From Candidatus Pacearchaeota archaeon (GTDB lineage: Archaea > Nanobdellota > Nanobdellia > Pacearchaeales > GW2011-AR1): 59,656 nucleotides of DNA. The notes beneath the pieces are model-generated. The model was given only the letters and a program-made list of their open reading frames with translations. It searched no databases and was not told the origin of the DNA. Positions 27,356-35,931 of the stretch are shown here, one piece after another. The translations under genes were made by a program, and so were the position numbers. The stretch's first letter is position 1. Each line of letters opens with the position of its first letter. The stretch is taken from positions 1 through 59,656 of the forward strand of contig JAAOYK010000055.1 of NCBI GenBank assembly GCA_018221305.1. Direction: 5' to 3'.

Positions 27356-29818
27356 TTACCTCCACGTTCTTATTTGTACCTCTGTTGACCAACTATAGGG
27401 AATCCCCATAATCTCATTAGATCCAATATCAAAATTTTGATCAGTGAACATTACATCTAATAGCCCATCATTATCAAAATCTAATAACTTTAATAATCTA
27501 TATGTTGCAATCTGAACAGCATCATTACTATTTTCACAATTACTACCGTCACAGTTCATGCCTCCAAACGTATTATTTCCATAATTACAATTTATTCCGC
27601 CAGAATAATTTAATGGTATTGCTAAACTTTGGTTTGATCCGTCATTAAAATATAATGTCCAGTCACAACCTTGCGAGACTGGGGAAAGTTTTGAGTAAGC
27701 AATCAGGTTTGTTGAGATTGTATATATTACTTTGTTGTTTATTGATCCTGGTGAATGGTTTCCTGGATAAAGTCCTGTCGTAAGGTTGATAGTGTTTGGG
27801 CTTGCTAGTGAAACTAAATATGTAGGAATATTAACAACATATGGGTCTCCAAGTTTTATATATTCGTCTCCATACTCTTCCAAATCATATATTGTATTAT
27901 TATTCATAGTTAATCTGTTTGTCCAACGCGGACCAGAGTATGATATAACTTGCGTGTTGATAACTGTAGAGTTTGGAGGTATCTGAAACGTTGCTGTGTA
28001 TGGGTCATCAAAAGGTTCTTCAATTGTAGCAATTAATCCTGTATAAGTATCTCTGTCATACCCAAACTCAATGTACGAATCCTCTGTAAGGTTTGTTCGG
28101 TAACTTCCAGACTGTACGATTATTGTTTGTTTTTTGTATGCCAAATTTATTATATCTTCTGCAACTTTTTCATAAATACTTACTAAATCATCAATATCAC
28201 TTTCATAATAAGTTCCATTCCCGCAAGCCGCAATAGGTATCAGGTTTGCAGTCTCAACTATCTTTCCAAAACCTACAACATTTATCATTATTTCATGATT
28301 ATTCCATGCATCACATGCAGCATCTATTGCGTCCTGTACACCGTCAGCAGTGCTACATCCTTGGTTTGCTTTCCCACTACCCATAACAACTACTGACCTA
28401 AAATTATTAGGATCTGACTGCGCCAAAAGATAATTTACTCCTGCTTCTATGCCGCAACATAAACAATCATTTTCACCAAGATTTGTGTCAACCCAGCTTT
28501 CATCTAGTTTGTCATACAATGTAGATTTAGTATTAGTTAATTCTAGATAATTTTGTGGGTATACTGCCGTTTTATATCCCACAAGCCCTACGTTTGTTGT
28601 TGATTCGTTTAATAACATGTCAATAAGTCTTTTATTTGCATGATATGACTGATTGATAAGTGTTGTGCTGTACCCTGCCCCAAGATTTTTGTTCATTTCT
28701 CCTGAAAGGCTTGAGACAGAATAAACATCAGCTTCAACATTTCCTCCTAAGACATAAGAAGCGTTTAATATACCAAAACGCAACGGAACTGTTTTTCTAC
28801 TTAAATCACTATAATCAAGCAAAGAATCAAGTATTGAATCATCTATGACAATGTTTTCCATCCCACTTGTGTTTCCTTGATAAACTGTAACATTTCCTAT
28901 TGTTAAAAAAGTAGATACTTCACTATCAAAGTTCAAATTAATGTCCATTGTGTTTAGTGTACCTGGGATATAAAAACTATCATAAAGGTTCATAATACCT
29001 TCAACCCCTGGAAAATAATATCTTTCAGGTTCTTCATATTCAATAGCACTATCATAAGTAACTTTTATGAAACCTCCTGCAATGTGTAAGCTTTCGTCCA
29101 AAATTTCTATAATGTTTACACCTGAATTAAAATCAGTTATAGGAAGTGTATATGTTCTTGGCGTAAAGTCATCAACAGACTTTTCATAAGCTCCAGCAAA
29201 GTTTGAGTTAACATACACACTAAAATTTTTATCAATTGCAAGCTCCATTGTTGCACTACTAATATTTCCGTTGTATTCAATACGCGCGCTTAAATTTCCT
29301 TCACCAACATATCCTCCAAAATAAAAATATTTTGTTTGCATTGTATTTTTTAAAAATGCTCGTGCAGAATATCCTGTTAAAGAGCTTCCATTACTAATAC
29401 CTGAAACTGTCTGACGTTCTACCCCTACTTGGACAGCGTCACTGTATGGTGTGTTATTCATTGATGCAAGAAGCGTGTTTCCATACCAAATCCCTATATT
29501 TTCTGTAGTGTTTAAGTTTGATAATATTGCTGTTGCAAGTCCTTGTGCTAACGTAATATTTGTAACATAAAATTCTCCAATTTGTTCTAATATGTTTTTG
29601 TTATAATCAGTGATTTTTCCTTGAGCTTTTAGATTATCAACATAAGCATTATCAATCTCTCCGATCTTTAAAGAAGATAAAACCCCTTGAAAATCTCCAC
29701 TAATGTCAGAATCTTGGTTGGAAAATTGAATAATTGGTATTGTAAATCCTACAACTATTAAAATTATTATAAGTGCTACTAATGCGTCGAAGCTAAAATA
29801 TGCTGCTCTTTTTTTCAT
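27356..29818 (-). CDS. giant pilin-like protein: class III signal peptide + vWA-like domain with degenerate MIDAS
   Basis: The N-terminus is MKKRA|AYFSFDALVALIIILIVV. It aligns end to end with 23833..27351 (for example GYSARAFL, YFYFGGYVGEG, LHIAGG, YYFPG.EG, ISYSGP.WTN, KLGDPY.VNIPT, QGCDWT, GIPY.WSTEVQIR). The MIDAS position reads SLSGE instead of DLSGS. A DFDNDGLLD Ca-binding-like loop lies near the C-terminus. Confidence 0.75.
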   Translation of the reverse strand: MKKRAAYFSFDALVALIIILIVVGFTIPIIQFSNQDSDISGDFQGVLSSLKIGEIDNAYVDNLKAQGKITDYNKNILEQIGEFYVTNITLAQGLATAILSNLNTTENIGIWYGNTLLASMNNTPYSDAVQVGVERQTVSGISNGSSLTGYSARAFLKNTMQTKYFYFGGYVGEGNLSARIEYNGNISSATMELAIDKNFSVYVNSNFAGAYEKSVDDFTPRTYTLPITDFNSGVNIIEILDESLHIAGGFIKVTYDSAIEYEEPERYYFPGVEGIMNLYDSFYIPGTLNTMDINLNFDSEVSTFLTIGNVTVYQGNTSGMENIVIDDSILDSLLDYSDLSRKTVPLRFGILNASYVLGGNVEADVYSVSSLSGEMNKNLGAGYSTTLINQSYHANKRLIDMLLNESTTNVGLVGYKTAVYPQNYLELTNTKSTLYDKLDESWVDTNLGENDCLCCGIEAGVNYLLAQSDPNNFRSVVVMGSGKANQGCSTADGVQDAIDAACDAWNNHEIMINVVGFGKIVETANLIPIAACGNGTYYESDIDDLVSIYEKVAEDIINLAYKKQTIIVQSGSYRTNLTEDSYIEFGYDRDTYTGLIATIEEPFDDPYTATFQIPPNSTVINTQVISYSGPRWTNRLTMNNNTIYDLEEYGDEYIKLGDPYVVNIPTYLVSLASPNTINLTTGLYPGNHSPGSINNKVIYTISTNLIAYSKLSPVSQGCDWTLYFNDGSNQSLAIPLNYSGGINCNYGNNTFGGMNCDGSNCENSNDAVQIATYRLLKLLDFDNDGLLDVMFTDQNFDIGSNEIMGIPYSWSTEVQIRTWR

Positions 29819-29888
29819 ATTCCTAAATATAATATATCAATACATAATTTTTCAGTATATATATAGGTTACGAACCTTTTCTAAGAAA

Positions 29889-30434
29889 TTATTCTTCCCA
29901 AATGTAAAGATAAGCCGTAATCGGTTTATTTTTATATATTGTAAACCGTGTGATTTTCACCAGGTTTTTTGCATTAGAATAAACATCTTTTCCGATGACA
30001 GGGTTTGTAGCAGGATTATTATCTCCATCTAGATTCATATCTTCTTCTAAAAAAAATCTGTACTCATAACGTGTATTAAAAACCTTTTTTGTAAATGTAT
30101 AATTGCCATTACCATCACTATTATCACTTAAGTCCCAAAACGCTTGAAGCTTTTTGTCATCAATCTTGTTTGACGAGTTTAAAATTCCAATTTTCATTAT
30201 ATTGTTATGATCAGCAGTAGCTAATGGTACCAATGTCTCCCAATTTGTAGGATAACCTTCAGACATTAAAGAGTCCATTACAAGTTTTCCATTATGATAT
30301 AAGTATTCAAACTTTTCCTTAGTATCTCCTGGACTGTTTAATGTGTAGATAAAGAAAAGCATTATGCCAAACGTGAACAATGTTACAGCTACCATTAAAT
30401 CTATGCCCCATGTTTGTGCTTTTTTATTTTTCAT
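29889..30434 (-). CDS. pilin-like protein (class III signal peptide)
   Basis: MKNKKA|QTWGIDLMVAVTLFTFGIMLFFIY. Confidence 0.55.
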   Translation of the reverse strand: MKNKKAQTWGIDLMVAVTLFTFGIMLFFIYTLNSPGDTKEKFEYLYHNGKLVMDSLMSEGYPTNWETLVPLATADHNNIMKIGILNSSNKIDDKKLQAFWDLSDNSDGNGNYTFTKKVFNTRYEYRFFLEEDMNLDGDNNPATNPVIGKDVYSNAKNLVKITRFTIYKNKPITAYLYIWEE

Positions 30435-30446
30435 TGCTTACTGTTT

Positions 30447-30878
30447 TTAAGGTACTAATGTAATAGATATTACTTCCCCTGTTTTGCTTATCTTGTTTTT
30501 ATCAGGGTTTGTGTTTAGTGTAAAAGGGTTTGTAGCAACATTAACTTCTGCTATAGGTAACATTAGTGAATGAGCATTATCTGTTGTTTTTACATAAACA
30601 GCATTATCAGAAATTTGTACATCATACGTTTTACCATCAATTCTTGCAGGAAGCGTAAACTCACGTTCATATCCATTTGCAGCTTTTACTGCCAAGGAAA
30701 TCTCGTTTTGTACTTCTAGTGCCACTTCATTAGTTAACAAGTCCCGTTTTTCATTTATTCTATCAAAGTTAACTTCATATATTGTGACAACCAAAATAGT
30801 AAAGAAAAAAAACACTGCACCAAAAACTATTATGAACTCAATACCTACTTGTGCTTTTTTTTTGTTTTTTTTTATCAT
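30447..30878 (-). CDS. archaeal pilin, DUF361/EppA-substrate-like (Q at +1, E at +5)
   Basis: MIKKNKKKA|QVGIEFIIVFGAVFFFFTILVV. There is a 4-nt ATGA overlap with the upstream pilin gene. Confidence 0.65.
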   Translation of the reverse strand: MIKKNKKKAQVGIEFIIVFGAVFFFFTILVVTIYEVNFDRINEKRDLLTNEVALEVQNEISLAVKAANGYEREFTLPARIDGKTYDVQISDNAVYVKTTDNAHSLMLPIAEVNVATNPFTLNTNPDKNKISKTGEVISITLVP

Positions 30879-31318
30879 CCTTGACTAATAACTGCATGAC
30901 TTGCGTCTGCTTCGATAATTATCATTTTCACACCAGATGCTATTGTTATTGGATTTGAACTATCTATCATAATAGGTACATCAGATTTAAAAGATAACTT
31001 TTGCTCTCCTGAAGATGCTGTAATATTAATCAATAGATAATATAATCCATTATAATACACAGCATCTATACCACTAATCCCTTCTGGAAGGAATGGGTAA
31101 ATTGTAGCTTTTGATGGCTCTCCTGCATAAAATACTGTCCTAGAAGCGCCGACTACTTTATTTCCAAAATTATGTATTTGTGTTTCTTTTAATTGATCAC
31201 CTGAGGTTGTGCTATAATAAAGTCCAATACCAAGAATGCCAGTTATAATAATTGTTAAAAATCCTACAAGTATTAAATACTCCATACTTACCTGCGCTTT
31301 ACTAGAAATGTTTTTCAC
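30875..31318 (-). CDS. archaeal pilin, DUF361/EppA-substrate-like (Q at +1, E at +5)
   Basis: MKNISSKA|QVSMEYLILVGFLTIIITGILGI. This is the first gene of the operon. Confidence 0.65.
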   Translation of the reverse strand: MKNISSKAQVSMEYLILVGFLTIIITGILGIGLYYSTTSGDQLKETQIHNFGNKVVGASRTVFYAGEPSKATIYPFLPEGISGIDAVYYNGLYYLLINITASSGEQKLSFKSDVPIMIDSSNPITIASGVKMIIIEADASHAVISQG

Positions 31319-31443
31319 TTTTTCCTTCTACCTCTTTTTATAAATGAGTTATGTTTTGTTGATTAATAAACTTATTGTTAAGTTTAAAAACAATACATTT
31401 ATAAAATTAATAATATATATCATAATAATTATAATACTATACA
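31319..31443. promoter_or_regulatory. divergent promoter region of the pilus locus
   Basis: A 125-nt very AT-rich spacer between divergent operons. TTTATAAA boxes lie at 31337-31344 (19-26 nt from the minus-strand ATG) and 31398-31406 (38-46 nt from the plus-strand ATG). Confidence 0.5.
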
Positions 31444-32361
31444 ATGGCAAAAGAGGTGATAAAAGTAGTAACTATTGGGAGCTTAGCATTTCTAGGATTA
31501 ATTTTTGTTAACACTATCCTTTTGTTTTTAGGTCATGAAAGTTCTCCTGGGATTACTGGTAATTCTGTTGCTGACAGTTTAAAAGAGGTTTATACAGAAA
31601 TGTCACTAGCGTCAAAGATTTTCTTGTTAGTACAGTTCATTGCATTATTAATAATTTTTATTTATTTTATTATTAAAGCAAGAAAATCTATTAAAGAACG
31701 TGACGAAATTGCTCATTTAAATGTTGTAAAAAATCCTGGAGGATCAAAGACTGATATTGACACGTTATATGAAATTTTAAAAGATAGAAAACAAATAAAC
31801 ATTCCATCAGTTGGTAAAGCTTTTCGTGTTAGTAAAGAGTTAGCAATGGAATGGTGTCGTATTTTAGAAAATAATGATTTAGCAACAATTGATTATCCTG
31901 GTTTTATTGGAGATCCTTCAGTAAAACTTGCTGTACCAGAATCAGAAAAAAGTAAAGACAAAAAAGATAAAGATAAAGACAAAAAATCAGACGATAAAAA
32001 GGACGATAAAAAGGATGATAAAAAAGATGATAAAAAAGATGAGAAAAAGATAGATAAAAAAGATGTGGACGAGAAAAAGGATGATAAAAAGCCTGACCAA
32101 GATAAAACTAATGTAGAAAAACCTACTGAAACTGCTGCCCAAAAACCAAAAAAACGTTTTAATATATTTAAAAAGAAAAAGCCATTAGACACTTCAGTAC
32201 CTGTAGCACAAAATGTAGGGGTTACAGACAAAGATAAAAAATGGGTAAGTGAGGCAATAAAAAAAGGATTAAATGAAAAAGATGTTAGTAAATTATTGCA
32301 AGGGTTAGAAAAAAGTAAAAGAGAACAAATTGTTAATTATTATAAATCTGTTTCAAAATAA
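31444..32361 (+). CDS. pilus-locus membrane protein: 2 TM + globular segment + poly-(K/D) linker + C-terminal ~40-aa helical module
   Basis: The TM segments are VVTIGSLAFLGLIFVNTILLFLG and IFLLVQFIALLIIFIYFII. A KDDKK-type low-complexity tract covers aa 169-218. The C-terminal WVSEAIKKGLNEKDVSKLLQGLEKSKREQIVNYY is shared with the N-terminus of 35932..37005. Confidence 0.6.
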   Translation: MAKEVIKVVTIGSLAFLGLIFVNTILLFLGHESSPGITGNSVADSLKEVYTEMSLASKIFLLVQFIALLIIFIYFIIKARKSIKERDEIAHLNVVKNPGGSKTDIDTLYEILKDRKQINIPSVGKAFRVSKELAMEWCRILENNDLATIDYPGFIGDPSVKLAVPESEKSKDKKDKDKDKKSDDKKDDKKDDKKDDKKDEKKIDKKDVDEKKDDKKPDQDKTNVEKPTETAAQKPKKRFNIFKKKKPLDTSVPVAQNVGVTDKDKKWVSEAIKKGLNEKDVSKLLQGLEKSKREQIVNYYKSVSK

Positions 32362-32392
32362 AATTAAGTTTTTTTAAAAAAAAGACAAAAAC

Positions 32393-34069
32393 ATGGCAAG
32401 AAAAAAAGTAATAAAGAAAAAAAATATAAAAAGAAAAGTTATCAAACGTAAAACTGCAAACGTAGTAAGGACAAAAGTTCGAGCCTCTAGGCCGGTTGTA
32501 CCAAAAAGACTTCCAAGCACATCAAACCCTATGCAGTCAGCAATTAAAGGTCATGTGTCTCAAAAGCCTGAAAAAAGACGTCCAGAAGTTCTTGAAAGAT
32601 ATTTTATTGAGGCAGAAAAATCTAAAATAAAGATTGAGATCCAGAGAAGAGGTACAACAACGACTTATGTTGTCGAGGCACCAAAAATTAATGAAGCTAC
32701 AGCAGCCCTTCTTGATGAGGTTAGGGATGAATTAGTTACTGCAACATCTGTTGGAATGAACGAAATCATGGACTCTGGAGCTATTAAAAATATGAAGAAA
32801 CGTTTTGGTATTGAGGCAGGAACTTTAATAGCAAAAAAATTGCCTCATATTAATAAAGATACTCAAAGTATCCTGGTTAACAAATTAATGCAAGACATGC
32901 TTGGTCTAGGCGAGATTGAATTTTTAATAAATGATCCTCATTTAGAAGAAATAGTTATTCCTTCATCAAAAGAAACAATACGCACGTATCATAAAAAGTA
33001 TGGCTGGCTTCCAACAAATCTTCGCATTGCTCGTGAAGATGAAATTGTTAATTATTCAAACATTATAGCGCGTCGTGTTGGACGACAAATTACAGTGCTT
33101 ACACCATTGCTTGACGCTCATTTAGTATCAGGTGATAGAGTAAATGCTATACTTTACCCAATAAGTAGTAAAGGTAACACTATAACTATCAGAAAGTTTG
33201 CACGTGACCCTTTTACAGTAATAGACCTTATAACAACAAAAACTTGCAGTGTTGAAGTTACTGTACTTTTATGGCTTGCTATTGAGTATGAGATGAATGT
33301 TTTAATTTCAGGAGGTACAGCGTCAGGTAAAACCTCACTACTTAACGCATGCATTCCTTTTATTCCTCCAAATCATAGAATTATTAGTGTAGAAGATACC
33401 CGTGAATTAATGCTTCCTGAATTTTTATACTGGACACCTCTTGTTACACGTACTCCTAATCCTGAAGGTAAAGGGGAAGTTTCAATGTTGCATTTATTAG
33501 TAAACTCACTGCGAATGCGTCCAGACCGTATAGTTTTAGGTGAAATGCGGCGTAAAGAAGAAGCAATGGTTTTATTTGAAGCAATGCATACAGGACACTC
33601 AGTGTATGCTACTCTTCATGCAAACACTGTTGCAGAAACGTTGTCGCGTCTTACAAACCCTCCACTAAGTGTTCCTGCAAACTTATTGTCAGCAGTTAAT
33701 CTAAACGTTGTAATGTTTAGAGATAGGAGACGAGGGATACGGCGTGTCTATCAAGTAGGTGAATTTAATGTAAGCAATGACCGGGCAGAAGCAAACATTT
33801 TATATCGATGGAGTCCTGAAGAAGACAAAATATTAAAACATACAGATAACATGCGAGTCTTTGAAGATATTGGTAGAAATACTGGAATGGGTCGCGCACA
33901 GATTAATAGAAATTTGGAAGAAAAAAAGTTTATTATTAACTGGATGATAAAAAATAAGTTCAGATCTTTAGAAGATTTTGGTAAAGTCATGCAACAGTAT
34001 TATGGTGACAAAGAATTTTTAATAAAAAATATTAGGGCTAATAATAGTAAAGCAATAATTGGGAGATAG
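32393..34069 (+). CDS. type IV pilus/archaellum assembly ATPase (ArlI/FlaI-PilB-VirB11 family) with polybasic N-terminal extension
   Basis: Walker A is SGGTASGKTSLLNA. Asp/Glu boxes include IISVEDTRELMLP. Walker B is RPDRIVLGEMRRKEEA, and the His box is HTGHSVYATLHAN. The N-terminal ~65 aa are Lys/Arg-rich (MARKKVIKKKNIKRKVIKRK...). Confidence 0.85.
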   Translation: MARKKVIKKKNIKRKVIKRKTANVVRTKVRASRPVVPKRLPSTSNPMQSAIKGHVSQKPEKRRPEVLERYFIEAEKSKIKIEIQRRGTTTTYVVEAPKINEATAALLDEVRDELVTATSVGMNEIMDSGAIKNMKKRFGIEAGTLIAKKLPHINKDTQSILVNKLMQDMLGLGEIEFLINDPHLEEIVIPSSKETIRTYHKKYGWLPTNLRIAREDEIVNYSNIIARRVGRQITVLTPLLDAHLVSGDRVNAILYPISSKGNTITIRKFARDPFTVIDLITTKTCSVEVTVLLWLAIEYEMNVLISGGTASGKTSLLNACIPFIPPNHRIISVEDTRELMLPEFLYWTPLVTRTPNPEGKGEVSMLHLLVNSLRMRPDRIVLGEMRRKEEAMVLFEAMHTGHSVYATLHANTVAETLSRLTNPPLSVPANLLSAVNLNVVMFRDRRRGIRRVYQVGEFNVSNDRAEANILYRWSPEEDKILKHTDNMRVFEDIGRNTGMGRAQINRNLEEKKFIINWMIKNKFRSLEDFGKVMQQYYGDKEFLIKNIRANNSKAIIGR

Positions 34070-34075
34070 ATTTTT

Positions 34076-34960
34076 ATGAAATTTAGAATTCCATTTACTT
34101 TTTCGGACATTGATAAGTTGAAGCGAAGGTCTTCATTTATTTCTCAAAGGATTAAAAGGAAAAAAAATTCAAAACTTAAAGAAGAACTTGAAAGTGCTGG
34201 TATTGATATAACACGTGAAGAATATATAGGTGTTTGTCTTAGAAATTTGATTATAATTTTTATTTTCACTTTTGTTGTTGCTACTTCATTTTTCGCAGTA
34301 GCAAACCAGAAAATTTTTTACATCTTAGGCCCAGGAGTAGCCTTAGTAATCTCTTCTTTTTTATTTTTTATGCAGATAATGTTTCCAAAACTTTATATTA
34401 CAAAAAAACAAAAAGATATTGAACGTAACTTGCTTTATGCATTAGAAGACATTTTGATTCAATTAAACTCTGGTGTACCTCTTTTTGACATTTTGAGAAA
34501 TATTTCATATGCAAACTATGGAGTTTTAAGTGACGAATTTAAAAAAGCAGTACATCGTATAAATTCAGGCGAGCCAGAAGTTGCGGTTCTGGCAGATATT
34601 GGAAAACGTAACCCGTCTGTCTTTTTAAAACGTACATTATGGCAAATAAGTAATGGTCTTAATGCAGGAAGTGACATGTCTTTAATTGTTCGGGACAGTA
34701 TAAAAACTTTAAATGAAGAACAATTGATTCAGATCCAAAGTTATGGTAACAAATTAAATCCATTAATAATGTTTTATATGTTGTTATCAGTCATTGTCCC
34801 TTCTTTATCTGTAACTTTTTTAACAATTTTGGCATCAATGGCTGGCATGAATAAGCAGATAACGATAGGTGCTTTTGCAGGACTTTTTTGTTTTGTAGTC
34901 TTGTTTCAAATAATGTTTTTAGGTCTTATTAAATCACGTCGTCCAAGTTTGTTAAGTTGA
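34076..34960 (+). CDS. pilus platform membrane protein, single T2SSF domain (TadB/TadC-like half of ArlJ/PilC)
   Basis: The cytoplasmic helical T2SSF-like segment (LLYALEDILIQLNSGVPLFDILRNIS...SDEFKKAVHRINSGEPEVAVLADIGKRNPS) is flanked by TM helices. Confidence 0.75.
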   Translation: MKFRIPFTFSDIDKLKRRSSFISQRIKRKKNSKLKEELESAGIDITREEYIGVCLRNLIIIFIFTFVVATSFFAVANQKIFYILGPGVALVISSFLFFMQIMFPKLYITKKQKDIERNLLYALEDILIQLNSGVPLFDILRNISYANYGVLSDEFKKAVHRINSGEPEVAVLADIGKRNPSVFLKRTLWQISNGLNAGSDMSLIVRDSIKTLNEEQLIQIQSYGNKLNPLIMFYMLLSVIVPSLSVTFLTILASMAGMNKQITIGAFAGLFCFVVLFQIMFLGLIKSRRPSLLS

Positions 34961-35886
34961 AAAAAATGAATTATAGAAAAAAAATATCACGTCTTACAGA
35001 AAAGGAAAAGAAAACATTAAGACGTAGACGTCTGTCTACAATTATTTTAGCTATCTTAACAAGCTTTGTTTTGTTTGCAATCTATAGGACTCCTTTAATA
35101 CCAATCATTGGCTTTTTTAGTGCAATTGTTATAATCTTTTTATTTTTTCATTTTAGTGACGGTTTTAAAAAATCTGGACGTATTAATAAGATGGAAACAG
35201 TTTTTCCAGACTTTTTACAGTTAGTGTCGAGCAACCTTCGGGCTGGAATGACTGTTGATAAATCAATAATGCTTGCCGCACGTCCAGAGTTTGCACCTTT
35301 AGACGAAGAAATTATACAGACAGGTAAAGATATAACAACTGGCAAAAATATTGAACGAGCATTAAAAGATTTGTCATATCGTATAGGTTCTGATAAGATC
35401 GGAAAAACAATTTTAATAATCATTTCAGGTATTAGGGCAGGAGGAGACATTGCAGTACTTTTAGATGAAACAGCTGGTAACATGCGTTCACGAGAATTTG
35501 TAGCAAAACGTGCAGCATCACAGGTCTTAATGTATGTAATTTTTGTATTTTTTGCTGTAGCTGTCTTTGCACCAGGCTTGTTTGCTTTGTCAAATGTTTT
35601 AGTTTTTACAATGGATAATCTGATAGGAGACATTGATACAAGCGCTGTTCAAGGATCCAGTTATATATCTTTTCAAAAGATTAGTGTTTCTTTAGACTTT
35701 ATACTATATTATTCAATAATTTTTATAGTATGTATTGATATTTTAGCATCATTAGTTATTGGCTTGGTTAATAAAGGTGAAGAACGTGAAGGTCTCAAAC
35801 TTCTTCCTTTTATGATAGGACTAAGTCTTGGATTATTTTTTCTGTTAAAGATTGTAATATCCAATATAATGGGAAAACTAATTTAG
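34957..35886 (+). CDS. pilus platform membrane protein, single T2SSF domain (second half)
   Basis: FPDFLQLVSSNLRAGMTVDKSIMLAARPEFAPLDEEIIQTGKDITTGKNIERALKDLSYRIGS is flanked by TM helices. The track uses a TTG start at 34957, which overlaps the upstream stop. The first ATG is at 34966. Confidence 0.75.
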   Translation: MKKMNYRKKISRLTEKEKKTLRRRRLSTIILAILTSFVLFAIYRTPLIPIIGFFSAIVIIFLFFHFSDGFKKSGRINKMETVFPDFLQLVSSNLRAGMTVDKSIMLAARPEFAPLDEEIIQTGKDITTGKNIERALKDLSYRIGSDKIGKTILIIISGIRAGGDIAVLLDETAGNMRSREFVAKRAASQVLMYVIFVFFAVAVFAPGLFALSNVLVFTMDNLIGDIDTSAVQGSSYISFQKISVSLDFILYYSIIFIVCIDILASLVIGLVNKGEEREGLKLLPFMIGLSLGLFFLLKIVISNIMGKLI

Positions 35887-35931
35887 TATTAACAAAACAC
35901 TTTTATACTCTAAATTTTTTTAATAAACATA

